Source: Flavobacteriales bacterium
Lineage (GTDB): Bacteria > Bacteroidota > Bacteroidia > Flavobacteriales_D > CALLUQ01
Reading direction: 5' to 3'
Assembly: GCA_963669295.1 (NCBI GenBank)
Contig: OY769938.1
Location: 173,533 to 237,532, forward strand
DNA: 64,000 nucleotides
In this document: one piece after another, positions 29,147 to 38,915 of the stretch
Numbering within the stretch: position 1 is the stretch's first letter
Layout: each line of letters opens with the position of its first letter
Notes under the pieces: generated by a model
Told to the model about the DNA's origin: nothing
Database searches by the model: none
Seen by the model: only the letters and a program-made list of their open reading frames with translations
Program-made: the position numbers and the translations under genes

Positions 29147-29557
29147 ATGATGAACGATGTACATATGGGGCAAGCCATTCGAGCAATCATGAACGAACAA
29201 GGGCTGGATAATGTTTGGTTAGCTAAACAACTGGGGCTGCATTACAGTACTGCACGTCGCATGCTCAACAATGCCTACCTAAAAATGGAGTGGGTAATTG
29301 CCATTTCCAAACTGCTGAATGTGAATTTGTTGAAACTGTATTTACAGGAAGACATTAAGGCCAAAGACAATTACGAGCAATTAAAATTGGAATTGAACGA
29401 ACGCTTCCAGGAGCGCATCAAAGTGTTGGATGCCGCTAATGCTACTAAAGCACACGCCCTTGAAGATGAAAACAAAAAGTTAGCAAGGGAATTAGAGCTC
29501 ACCCGGTTGCGGGTAACGCATTTGGAGGAAATGGTGGAAGTGTTGAAGAGCAGGTAG
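29147..29557 (+). CDS. XRE/Cro-like HTH protein with C-terminal coiled coil
   Basis: HMGQAIR..M.EQG...WLAKQLG.....RRML...ISKLLNVNLL followed by a heptad tail. Confidence 0.75.
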   Translation: MMNDVHMGQAIRAIMNEQGLDNVWLAKQLGLHYSTARRMLNNAYLKMEWVIAISKLLNVNLLKLYLQEDIKAKDNYEQLKLELNERFQERIKVLDAANATKAHALEDENKKLARELELTRLRVTHLEEMVEVLKSR

Positions 29558-29561
29558 GGAG

Positions 29562-29942
29562 TTACTGCACCATTAAGGCCAGCACCTCTTCTTTGCTGGT
29601 GAGTTGGTTGAACCAAAACAGGTTGGCCATTAATTTCCTGCTCAACAAAAACTCAAATTGCTTGTGTTGTTTCAATTGCTCTACGCGTATGGAAGTATAC
29701 ACCAACGCTTCATTGGTAGGGTCGTTGCGGTGCGATAACGCAAAGAAATAACGGTAAGGGGCTACTCCAGTATTTTCGAAAGGCCGGTGTTCCAGTATTC
29801 TTTTTAGTCGGCTATAATCGCCCGTTTCAATGCCAAAGCGCAATACCAACAACTCGCCTGCAATAGTGTGTTGGATGGTAGCTGCATAAATGTTGTTCTC
29901 TTTTGAAACTTCCAGCAATTCGATCATGTGATGATCTCCCAT
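29562..29942 (-). CDS. hypothetical protein
   Basis: 126-aa ORF convergent with the HTH gene; TACCTTTG promoter-like box just upstream. Confidence 0.65.
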   Translation of the reverse strand: MGDHHMIELLEVSKENNIYAATIQHTIAGELLVLRFGIETGDYSRLKRILEHRPFENTGVAPYRYFFALSHRNDPTNEALVYTSIRVEQLKQHKQFEFLLSRKLMANLFWFNQLTSKEEVLALMVQ

Positions 29943-30062
29943 AGCACAAAGGTATGTATAAGGCGTTAACTTTTTCTTGCTGTACTAAATTGCAATGATG
30001 AAGTTGATTGTTATTGATAACATTGAGCATAATAGAATTTCCAACCCTCCTCCAGCGCAGTA

Positions 30063-30117
30063 TTTTTTGAAGTCGCAAATTGCGACTTCAAGTGGTTGTA
30101 ACTGGATGATGGGCAAT
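30063..30117. repeat. 55-bp direct repeat copy 1 containing a perfect palindrome
   Basis: TTGAAGTCGCAA-A-TTGCGACTTCAA at 30067-30091 plus tail ending ATGATGGGCAAT, matching 31193-31247. Confidence 0.9.
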
Positions 30118-30359
30118 GCTCTGCGTAAAAATTGATGGAGGCTATTTGGTGATAAAATGCTGGAAAGGCATGAGCAATGGGAGTGACACACTGGCATCAC
30201 CTTGATGGCTTACGAAAGCTCCTTACTGCACCTGGTTCCTGTCTCGAATCAAGTTTGGGATAACACCAGAAGCTGGACTGGGAAAATCCGGTTTCCCGAA
30301 TGAACTGTCCCAACAAGTTATTATTTTAAACAACCAGGCATACAAATTCAATCCGTGGC

Positions 30360-31181
30360 TCATTCTTTTGCATACCGATTCAGCAGTTGGATGAACGATT
30401 GCAGCTGCTTTTCTTCCACTACTTCCCCCTGGAACAATAAGGTTTGCGCCTCCAGTACCAGTTTAAGTTTTCGTGTCATTACAAAAAATTCCAACTGCTC
30501 GGTTTCAGCATTTACTTTACGCGCCTCTGCCCTTTCGCGTGCTGCTTCTGCCAACAGCTTTGTAATGCGGGCAGCAATCTCTTCATTCTCCAAACCGGCT
30601 TTCTTTAGCCTACTCTTCAAATGATCGATCGACTCGCTGATAATGTCTTGCACTTCTTCCGCAATGGTTGTCCCTTTTTTAGCATCAATTACCGTGTCCA
30701 TTACCTGCTCCATGGCCTGTGCCAGCCTGGGGCCTATTTCCTGCATAAATTTGCTCAACTTAGTGGTTGATGCAATGGTTTTTACGGCAGCCTTTCTAGC
30801 CGCTATATTGCGCTGAATACCCATAATGGAACGCATTTCAATGAATGCCCTAATGACAAATACGCTGATGGCATCTGCTACGGAAGAAGAAGTAACATTG
30901 GCCACTTGCAATACCCCATGTTCGGTATAAGCGTAAGGTAATTTTCTTGTTCCTCCCCAACTTGAAGTCTCATTTTGCGACTTCAAATCGTTGAACTCTT
31001 CTACGGTAAGTTGAAACCTAAAATCTTCCGGAAATTTATTGGGGTTGCGTTTGGCTTGTTCATTAATGCGTTTGGTGGCGACTTCAAACAATGCTGCCAA
31101 ATCGGCATCAATGATCACATGCTGTCCACGAATGGTACGGATCGCTCCCCTGGTTCTACTGATAATTTCCTCCTCTTTCAT
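30360..31181 (-). CDS. ORF6N domain DNA-binding protein with C-terminal coiled coil
   Basis: IRTIRGQHVIIDADLAALFEV.TKRINEQAKRN..KFPEDFRFQL...LKSQNETSSWGG.RKLPYAYTEHGV. Confidence 0.92.
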   Translation of the reverse strand: MKEEEIISRTRGAIRTIRGQHVIIDADLAALFEVATKRINEQAKRNPNKFPEDFRFQLTVEEFNDLKSQNETSSWGGTRKLPYAYTEHGVLQVANVTSSSVADAISVFVIRAFIEMRSIMGIQRNIAARKAAVKTIASTTKLSKFMQEIGPRLAQAMEQVMDTVIDAKKGTTIAEEVQDIISESIDHLKSRLKKAGLENEEIAARITKLLAEAARERAEARKVNAETEQLEFFVMTRKLKLVLEAQTLLFQGEVVEEKQLQSFIQLLNRYAKE

Positions 31182-31192
31182 CGGCACGGTGT

Positions 31193-31247
31193 TTTTTTGA
31201 AGTCGCAATTTGCGACTTCAAGTAGTTATACATGAATGATGGGCAAT
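31193..31247. repeat. 55-bp direct repeat copy 2 containing a perfect palindrome
   Basis: TTGAAGTCGCAA-T-TTGCGACTTCAA at 31197-31221, 15 bp upstream of the ORF6N ATG. Confidence 0.9.
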
Positions 31248-31427
31248 TCCCACCTGTGTAAAGTAGCGCAGCAGGTGTAACTATTCAAAAATTGTTGATG
31301 AAACTGTGGAATAAGGGGATGGATGATGGTGGGGATAGCATGGCATCAAGATGAATTCAAACATCCTCCAACGCATCGTTATCCTGTTCGCCTCAGGCGG
31401 ATCAGGATCTGGGTAACGGGAGGAAAA

Positions 31428-32942
31428 TTAACAAGACAACCCAAGTGCTTTAAACTCAAGGTAAGTTTGCTTCAACTCCTTATAGCTCTTCACCATCGAA
31501 ACGAGCAGTTTGGCCCACCCAACAAAGCCTGTAGCAAGGTGCTTAAAGATGTTGAGCAACCAACCAATCATGTGGCACCCCAATTTAAATGCCCTGGTGT
31601 GTAGTGCCAATGCATCGAAAGATTGTTGCTGTTCCACAGGAGTTATTTGCTTCGAAAAATAGGCTGTTGTATCCATATCGGCCGAAAACAAGAAAGCACT
31701 TTTGGGAGTGGCCATGCCCCCTTTAATGTAAACCCCTATTGCACGCACTACGTTGGTAATGCCACATTTCACAACCTTGTACACCTTTGAAGCATACCTA
31801 AAAAACGCTTTAAACACATTTTCCTCCAGGAAGGAAATTACCTTTTTTCCAATTTTTTTCATCCATCGCCAAAGTCTTTTCAACCCATCCCAAAGTCGTA
31901 TCCCTCTTTCTTTTATATACGACCATGCTTTTTCCACCTTGCTGGTAGATACCATTTCTTTGGCGATGGCCTCACTGGCCTCGTCTTCATCAAATGCGTT
32001 GTCGTTTTCTTCGTGGGCAATGCTAATGCTTTGAAAAAATGCGGGCGTAATTTTTCGAGCCAGGCGATTGGCTGTGGTATTATCGTGCCCTTGAAACTGC
32101 TGGTAGTACTCCGACATCTTTTTATAGACCGGACTATCGGTACTAATGGCAAAATCATTTTTCCCATCGATGGGTACGTCATAGCCCAATAACCATAGCT
32201 CTATTTTGGCACAATTCACCAAAAAGCGTTCGGCCAGTTGTTGTTGTTTTGCTTTGCCTTTGCTCGCAAACCGGAGTAAAAATCGCTTTTTATCTGCCGA
32301 TGCCCTGCGTGCAATGGCATGAGTAAGCAAGTCCTGGTTGAATAAAAGGCTAAGGGTTTCGGCATTGAGGTCGGCAGTATAACCAGTGTCTTTCACTAAA
32401 AAGATAAAGAGCACCTTGCCAAATTTTTCCAGGTCTTTTGCTTCGAGTAAATCGAAGTTTTTTTTAGGCTTATACCGGTGCAATCCTAAGCTCCATAAAC
32501 GCAACTGCACCGCTCGCTGCACCGCCTTGTTGGCTTCCGGCCTGATGGTGCCATTCACAAACCATTGCTCCATGGTGAGCTCCGATTCAAAGCTCACCAG
32601 CTCATCGAGCGCATACCAGGTTTTGTTGCCCACCCAATTGTCTTGTTTGAGGTTGGCTTCTCGCTGAAATTGTGCCACTGCATCTTTAATGGCATCCAGC
32701 TGCTGGTGGATTTTTTTAGGAGGAATTTTGCGAGGCAGGTACCCCAATAGCCAAAGTCGGGTGGCAATGGTTTGTATCCTCACCTGCTGACTGGTAACAT
32801 CGTAGGTTTCCGCTTCATTTTCAGGAGTAACAGAAATGATGCCTTTTCGGCCAGCTTCATCCAGGATATGTTCGAACTGCCCTAACTGGTTTATGGGAGT
32901 ACCCGATAAATCAGCCAACGCATACTCGGGTAAATTCGACAT
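31428..32942 (-). CDS. peptidoglycan-binding (PG_binding_1-like) domain protein
   Basis: AVAQFQREANLKQDNWVGNKTWYAL; three RLWLLGY-like repeats; amphipathic C-terminus; no signal peptide. Confidence 0.75.
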   Translation of the reverse strand: MSNLPEYALADLSGTPINQLGQFEHILDEAGRKGIISVTPENEAETYDVTSQQVRIQTIATRLWLLGYLPRKIPPKKIHQQLDAIKDAVAQFQREANLKQDNWVGNKTWYALDELVSFESELTMEQWFVNGTIRPEANKAVQRAVQLRLWSLGLHRYKPKKNFDLLEAKDLEKFGKVLFIFLVKDTGYTADLNAETLSLLFNQDLLTHAIARRASADKKRFLLRFASKGKAKQQQLAERFLVNCAKIELWLLGYDVPIDGKNDFAISTDSPVYKKMSEYYQQFQGHDNTTANRLARKITPAFFQSISIAHEENDNAFDEDEASEAIAKEMVSTSKVEKAWSYIKERGIRLWDGLKRLWRWMKKIGKKVISFLEENVFKAFFRYASKVYKVVKCGITNVVRAIGVYIKGGMATPKSAFLFSADMDTTAYFSKQITPVEQQQSFDALALHTRAFKLGCHMIGWLLNIFKHLATGFVGWAKLLVSMVKSYKELKQTYLEFKALGLSC

Positions 32943-32946
32943 TGAA

Positions 32947-33282
32947 TTACTTCAACAATCCCTTGAATAAATCGAGTAAGCCTAAGCGCGTTTCGATGCC
33001 TGCTTTGATGGCATTTTTATGCGTTTCCAATGCCAACTCAGGAACATCGTCTAAATTTTGCTTCACAAAATTGTAAGAATCGCCATCGAATTGAGCCAGT
33101 GTTTCGGCCACCAGGGTAATTTTTCCCGATTCTTCCGAAGCTTTCACCAACTCTCTCAAGTCTTTGAAACTTTCTGTACCATCCAATTCCAGGTTCACTT
33201 CTCCGGTGTAGGTTTGTACGTGCAATGAGGTTAAATCTTGTACTGCATTGTTTAAGTTTTCTAATGCATCTTTTAGTGCCAT
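32947..33282 (-). CDS. small hypothetical protein, operonic with the PG-binding protein
   Basis: 111-aa ORF ending 4 bp before the next start. Confidence 0.75.
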   Translation of the reverse strand: MALKDALENLNNAVQDLTSLHVQTYTGEVNLELDGTESFKDLRELVKASEESGKITLVAETLAQFDGDSYNFVKQNLDDVPELALETHKNAIKAGIETRLGLLDLFKGLLK

Positions 33283-33384
33283 AATGCTCGTTTTTTGTGG
33301 TTTAAAAACTTCAATATAGTTAAAAATTACGGTGGCGTAAACCCGGTTTTGGAAGTGGGTGGGAATGAGGGGGTAAGGTTAAAA

Positions 33385-34350
33385 CTACTGTTTCACAATG
33401 CGCTTTACAAGCGTACCATCTCCAAAATGTACTTTAACAAAGTACAATCCATTTTCCTGATCTTTAATATCTATATCCGTTCGGTAAGAGCGTGAGCGCT
33501 GTGAAAAAACCTTTTTGCCAAGCACATCAAACACCTCAATACCAGTTGGCTCAGAATTCTTTAGTTCTTCAACATGTAAAGCGAATACTCCACTGGTGGG
33601 GTTTGGATAGATGCTGATAAGATCGCTATTTAGCGATTGTTCTGAAATTCCCACCAGGGAATCACAACGAACCACACGAACATCATCAATGTAATAGTAG
33701 GCACCATCAATGCCTCCAGTATTATCGATGGTATCAACAATTTGAACATCTTGATGCAACTTAAAGTTACCAATTGTCAAAAACTTTTCTCCACCAACAG
33801 CTGTATGTTGTCCAGATACCAGGTTCCATGAAACTATATCATTCAGAATATTTCCCGAAGGATTTTCTATTTGAGGTATAACAGTGAAAGGGGCATTAGT
33901 TGCACCCACTAAACTATCATTAGACAAATGAGCTCCAATAGAACTGATAGCATATCTAGCCTCTTCTGCTAATGAGACATAAAATTCAACACAATACTGC
34001 TCACCGGCTACCAATGAATCCGTTAACGCTATGGAAACATATTCGTAGTTATAATTATTGTTATTGTTATAAAGGTATGGGATAATGCCCGCATAGGCCT
34101 CACCTGTTCTCGCATTTTGATTGCCTGCAACATTGGTAGGAACATTGGACGATGAGACATTACCATTACAGGAATTAAAATAATCTGGTGAGGTGAGGCA
34201 CGGGTTAAACCAATTCATGCAGGACGCTACCTCGTCAACGCCATTCGGACAAGCAAGTGTATCCTCAAAACTCCAATTTGGCACAAGGTTTTGAGAGTGC
34301 CCTAATAAGGAAGAAAGCACAAGAGTTAATATTAAAATTGTATGTTTCAC
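33385..34350 (-). CDS. T9SS type A sorting domain protein
   Basis: signal peptide; QNLVPNWSFE...SPDYF...LTIGNF...AYYYIDDV domain; C-terminal IYPNPTSG...GLYFVKV...KRIVKQ. Confidence 0.88.
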   Translation of the reverse strand: MKHTILILTLVLSSLLGHSQNLVPNWSFEDTLACPNGVDEVASCMNWFNPCLTSPDYFNSCNGNVSSSNVPTNVAGNQNARTGEAYAGIIPYLYNNNNNYNYEYVSIALTDSLVAGEQYCVEFYVSLAEEARYAISSIGAHLSNDSLVGATNAPFTVIPQIENPSGNILNDIVSWNLVSGQHTAVGGEKFLTIGNFKLHQDVQIVDTIDNTGGIDGAYYYIDDVRVVRCDSLVGISEQSLNSDLISIYPNPTSGVFALHVEELKNSEPTGIEVFDVLGKKVFSQRSRSYRTDIDIKDQENGLYFVKVHFGDGTLVKRIVKQ

Positions 34351-34364
34351 TGGCTGTTAAACGA

Positions 34365-34398
34365 AATAAGGCCGGAAATGGTTGCTTCCGGCCTTATT
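34365..34398. terminator. 13-bp intergenic hairpin (attenuator/stabiliser or weak terminator)
   Basis: AATAAGGCCGGAA / TTCCGGCCTTATT between the two T9SS genes. Confidence 0.55.
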
Positions 34399-34408
34399 AC
34401 ATATTGTG

Positions 34409-37400
34409 CTATTTTTGAATTACAAACTTACCGGATTGCATTTCAGTGTCATTTATCATGACTTTATAAAGATACAACCCATTGCTTAATTCTTGTTCAT
34501 TGAGCTTTAATACTTGTGTTTCAGAAGCAAGTGCATAACGACTTAACTGCCTGCCTGCGAGGTCAAGAATTATAAGCTCTCCTGATTGTCCATCACCAAG
34601 TTCATATTTTAGACGCATTTGCCCATTGTTTGGGTTGGGATAGAGAGAGTATGCCGTTGATGAAGAAACTTCCTGTTCAACTACAAATTCTCGCAGTTGG
34701 TCGGTTGCACAGGAGTTAAACCAACCAAGTAAAGCTCGTGCTGAGTATACAGCCTGCCCACCTATCAATCCTTCCTGGCATGCAATAAATTCCAAATCAG
34801 CTTGTTGCTGCGCGGAAAATTCATAGATTCCCACTGCATATGTATTTAGATGGATGTTATAAACCGTTTTCATATTAATCTCATGCAGGTGGTTACCATT
34901 GATGCTATTAGTAACCAGGTTAGCATTGGAAATATCTCCAACCTTCACCAACTCTTGAACCTGGCAAATAGCACCAACATCAGCTTGCTCGCAAGTAGAA
35001 TAGAAATTTTGGTAATCAATGTCATCTTGCGTTCCCTGATTTAACCAGGCAGGGTTGTCTACAAATGCTCGAAATGCCGTAATTTGGTCATAAAAGGTAA
35101 ACTCAGCATTATTCGCATTAAAGCTCCTTTCGTTGCGAACTATCGGACCAAAAAGCTGCTCGCGCAATTGTGGGCCTGGGCCATTAGGTCCAGGAGTTAC
35201 TGCGCAAGGACTTGGCCCATTGGTTAAAATAGGGTTAAAATTACTCAGCACTAACGTTGGAGAGGGGGCAGGGTTAAAGTTTGTACCACTATTATGATAC
35301 CAATCTACTGGATCCATACCAAGATCCCCATCTGAATTGTAAATGTCAATATTGTTAACCCAACGATTGTCAGTGGGAGCATTGCTTGAACCTTGATGTC
35401 CAACATCAGCAAAATCAAGAAAAAGGCCATGAAAGTTTTGCAACATACTGTTACATTCAATCGTACTATTGTTGTTAGCATGTTTAAACTCCAACCCCTT
35501 ACCAACACGCCTCGTTTCATTTTTAAACACTGTGGTTAAAGCACTGTTTTCAACATGAATGCCCGTAAGAAATTCATTGTTATCTGGAACATCTCCACCT
35601 CGCTGCACACGATTGGCCTCAACAGTTGAATTGGGGCACATTTCAAGCCATATGCCGTTGCGCTGAATCATGGCAGTGCCCAGATTTGCGTTAGTAAAGT
35701 TAAACTGCACACGGTTGTTAAACACCTCTGCACCATCCATGTTTTGCAAAAAGATCCCTGTTTCAGGTTGACGAATAAGGTTATTTTCAACTTTAGTAAT
35801 ATTGCCCAAACCCGGGAGTACATTACTCACGGCAATTCCCGTTTCAATAAATTGAGTGCCGCCTGCATTCGGAAAGTTGATGGCATTGTTTTTAATCAAA
35901 ATAACACTTTGAGAATTCTCAAAACTGTTAATCCCAATTACTCCGTTTGCGTGTTCTATTTCATTTCGTTCGATGTTAATACCCCCACTCTTATTGAATG
36001 CTACAGCAATACTCACCAATTCCATATTTGTAAATGAATTTCGTCGAACATCTACATCTACATTTTGCTGTGCACGAACCCCCCAATAACAATTATCAAA
36101 ACTATTACTGGCTTGCTGGTTACCACCTCCAACCTGTAGGCCATAGTGCGTATTCTGATCGCCTGTTAACCGAATAGCAGTTCCAACACCTGGGTCGGCA
36201 TTTGGGTTAGGGTTGGTGATGTTTAAAAAGCTATTTCCCTGTATTACTAGATTAGATCGAAAACCTTGAATACCATAATCAAGGTTATCAAAGGTATTGT
36301 CTCGATTAATATTCAATAAGTCCACATCGTTAACTTCCATACCTTCAAACCCACGCATTCCGCTATAAGGGGGGAGTAAAGTGCCTGATGTTCGAAATAT
36401 ACTGGCATCCACAACACCCAAATGATTGCCCGCAAATGATTCTACTACTATTCCCTTATAGTTATTTTGAAAGAGGCATTGTTCCATCTTGTAACTCCCT
36501 CCATTTACACTCACGACTGCATTTTCTGCATTGAAAAAGGCATTCGAATTGGCACCAAAGGAAGCAGTCATATCGCTGATATAGATGCCATCCCACATTT
36601 TACCACAACCCGCTTGAATGGAACCATCATTCAAATCAAAAGTGATTCCAGGTTCAATGGTAATCTTTGCATTAGGTGCCATATAAATAAAGCAACCATT
36701 ACATGTGAAATTTTGATCGATGATCAGTTCACCATTGATAATGATTGGGTTTGGATTCGTTAAAACTGTCGGCTGCCCTAAACTTGAAAGAGTTGTTGGA
36801 ACACAAGGTGGAGTGGAAAACGTTATAGGTGCTCCTCCTAAAAGTTCATTTTGAATATCGCAACACCCCTCCACCGGATATTGAACGGTATTGGCACAAC
36901 CATCAGCATTGGTTACGGTTAATTCAATAGTTGCGTCAGCACCGCCTAATGCGGTCCAATCCACAGTTATGCTGTTTGTTCCATCGCCTGTGAAGGCCGT
37001 AGTTGGTATGATTTCCCAATCGTAAGTAGCATAAATATCATCAACAAAATAAGTGTTAGCGCCTGAACAACAAGAGCAAAACTCTCCGGCTACAACAGGA
37101 GGAGTTGGTTGATCAAAAATAGTAATCGTTTGCGTCAATGCTGTAAGCGGGTCGTTGTTAACCGTTAATGTTACATTATACGTTCCAGCTGCATTATAGA
37201 TATGTGTTGGGTTTTGAAGGTTACTCCCATTACCATCACCAAAATCCCAGTCCCATACTGATGGAGAACAACTTGAATTATCAGTAAACTGAATAGGTTC
37301 TCCAACGCAACCATCCTGAACAGTAAAATCGACAACCGTACCTACAATGAATTGTTGAGTGATACTATTTGAACCACATTCATTGGTAGCTATTACCGTT

Positions 37401-38407
37401 ACATCATAAGTTCCCGGAGGAAACCCCAGTCCAAAATTGTTCTGGAAAAATGGGCCAGGAGTACCACCATTAATGCTAACTTCCAGTGTTGTATTACCCG
37501 ATGTTGTTCCGGTGTAGATGATCTCTGTACTGCTAGAACACATTGGGTTTTCCATAAAACCGAATTGAGGTTGAGGCAAGTCGACAACGGTGATTTCTAC
37601 CCATGAATCAGGAACATAAGTAAACGGTGGTTGTGTATAACGCCTGTACAATATAATATAGTATGTCCCACTGTTTGGGTAACTAACCTGAAATCCTATT
37701 GATGTGTTATTGTATTGAAAAAAAGAAGGAGCAGTTGAACTTCCTGTTACATCCCAAAAGAAATCCCAATTACCATTGGTAAGAAAACTATTATTTGGGG
37801 CAGCATGAGCAACATTAATAGTTTCATCAGTACAAGTCGTCAACCAATCGACACATGTATTTTGCCTTCCCCCAAATGCACCAACACAACATAAACCATT
37901 TGTGCATATTCCTGGCGATAGTGCCAATTGAGGTGTAATTTCAAAAACACAAAGATCAAAAAAAGCTTCTTCTACTATACACTTTTGATCGCCACACTCG
38001 GTTGGAACTCCCCTCGTAAATTCAATAAGATAATTGTCTCCAACAGTGAGGTCGTATACATCAAGGCCGGTCGAAACCAATGAGCTAAATGCCAATAGAT
38101 CAATTTCCTTAACAACCTGCATGTACTGACAATACGATCCAACACGATATACAGTTATTGTATGTAAATGAGCGTTTGGAGCCGATGAGCTCTCTGCGGT
38201 ACCAATTAGCACTCCTGATTCTGTAGCCATGAATTCTACCCATAGTGATGTTTGATTTTCTGCAAAACTCATTGTTTGCATGTTGCATGATGCAGCTGTT
38301 GGAAAGGATATTGGGTTTCCGCAACTTGTTCCTGTTTGTGCTAAGATAGAATTACTCAGCATCAGGAAAACAGCTATACAATAGACCATTTGTTTAATTG
38401 TTTTCAT
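34409..38407 (-). CDS. large T9SS-secreted protein with PKD domain and parallel beta-helix repeats
   Basis: signal peptide; PKD WDWDFGDG...NPTHIY..AGTYNVTLTV; Asn-rich beta-helix; C-terminal LYPNPNNG...GLYLYKV...GKFVIQK. Confidence 0.88.
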   Translation of the reverse strand: MKTIKQMVYCIAVFLMLSNSILAQTGTSCGNPISFPTAASCNMQTMSFAENQTSLWVEFMATESGVLIGTAESSSAPNAHLHTITVYRVGSYCQYMQVVKEIDLLAFSSLVSTGLDVYDLTVGDNYLIEFTRGVPTECGDQKCIVEEAFFDLCVFEITPQLALSPGICTNGLCCVGAFGGRQNTCVDWLTTCTDETINVAHAAPNNSFLTNGNWDFFWDVTGSSTAPSFFQYNNTSIGFQVSYPNSGTYYIILYRRYTQPPFTYVPDSWVEITVVDLPQPQFGFMENPMCSSSTEIIYTGTTSGNTTLEVSINGGTPGPFFQNNFGLGFPPGTYDVTVIATNECGSNSITQQFIVGTVVDFTVQDGCVGEPIQFTDNSSCSPSVWDWDFGDGNGSNLQNPTHIYNAAGTYNVTLTVNNDPLTALTQTITIFDQPTPPVVAGEFCSCCSGANTYFVDDIYATYDWEIIPTTAFTGDGTNSITVDWTALGGADATIELTVTNADGCANTVQYPVEGCCDIQNELLGGAPITFSTPPCVPTTLSSLGQPTVLTNPNPIIINGELIIDQNFTCNGCFIYMAPNAKITIEPGITFDLNDGSIQAGCGKMWDGIYISDMTASFGANSNAFFNAENAVVSVNGGSYKMEQCLFQNNYKGIVVESFAGNHLGVVDASIFRTSGTLLPPYSGMRGFEGMEVNDVDLLNINRDNTFDNLDYGIQGFRSNLVIQGNSFLNITNPNPNADPGVGTAIRLTGDQNTHYGLQVGGGNQQASNSFDNCYWGVRAQQNVDVDVRRNSFTNMELVSIAVAFNKSGGINIERNEIEHANGVIGINSFENSQSVILIKNNAINFPNAGGTQFIETGIAVSNVLPGLGNITKVENNLIRQPETGIFLQNMDGAEVFNNRVQFNFTNANLGTAMIQRNGIWLEMCPNSTVEANRVQRGGDVPDNNEFLTGIHVENSALTTVFKNETRRVGKGLEFKHANNNSTIECNSMLQNFHGLFLDFADVGHQGSSNAPTDNRWVNNIDIYNSDGDLGMDPVDWYHNSGTNFNPAPSPTLVLSNFNPILTNGPSPCAVTPGPNGPGPQLREQLFGPIVRNERSFNANNAEFTFYDQITAFRAFVDNPAWLNQGTQDDIDYQNFYSTCEQADVGAICQVQELVKVGDISNANLVTNSINGNHLHEINMKTVYNIHLNTYAVGIYEFSAQQQADLEFIACQEGLIGGQAVYSARALLGWFNSCATDQLREFVVEQEVSSSTAYSLYPNPNNGQMRLKYELGDGQSGELIILDLAGRQLSRYALASETQVLKLNEQELSNGLYLYKVMINDTEMQSGKFVIQK

Positions 38408-38509
38408 AAGATTTCAGTTTAAAATCGGTTTATACTCACTGTTTATTGGTGGGTGAAACAGTTCCGTATCGATGAAAAACTACTTGACTTTAGGGTATTA
38501 TTCATCTGT

Positions 38510-38531
38510 TCGAACCCAATATTGGGTTCGA
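38510..38531. promoter_or_regulatory. perfect 22-bp palindrome (candidate operator)
   Basis: TCGAACCCAAT|ATTGGGTTCGA about 100 bp upstream of the 38407 start. Confidence 0.45.
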
Positions 38532-38915
38532 TGATAACCAGGCTTATCACCATGGCATTATTACAATATTGATATCAATAATCAAGGAGGGGTACCAAAC
38601 TCCTTTATATTAAAGAGGCCTCTATTAGTATAACAGAAAAATACCGTAAAAGTTACAATTATAAGCTAGTAAAATTACGGTATGCAATTGATTTACAGAT
38701 TTCATTGGTATCTTTTTGATCAAAACAAAAGGTCGGAAGACCATTGAATTACCTTACCTCTCAACCATTATTGTATAACTGCTTGGATGACCGGGTCAAT
38801 GGAATTAATCTGGCTTGGAGGACATCAAAAGCAACCCCTACGCGTTATCGCTCTTACCCTTTCTCAGAAGTGTTGACCCCTGCCACTGCATGCCGTCACC
38901 CCATCCTTTGCGCGT

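Noticed and set aside
26664-38683. Shared AAAATTACGGT motif upstream of three accessory genes (26664, 33323, 38670)
   Set aside because: The same word occurs inside coding sequences (about 15340 and 20605), so it is not clearly enriched in promoters.
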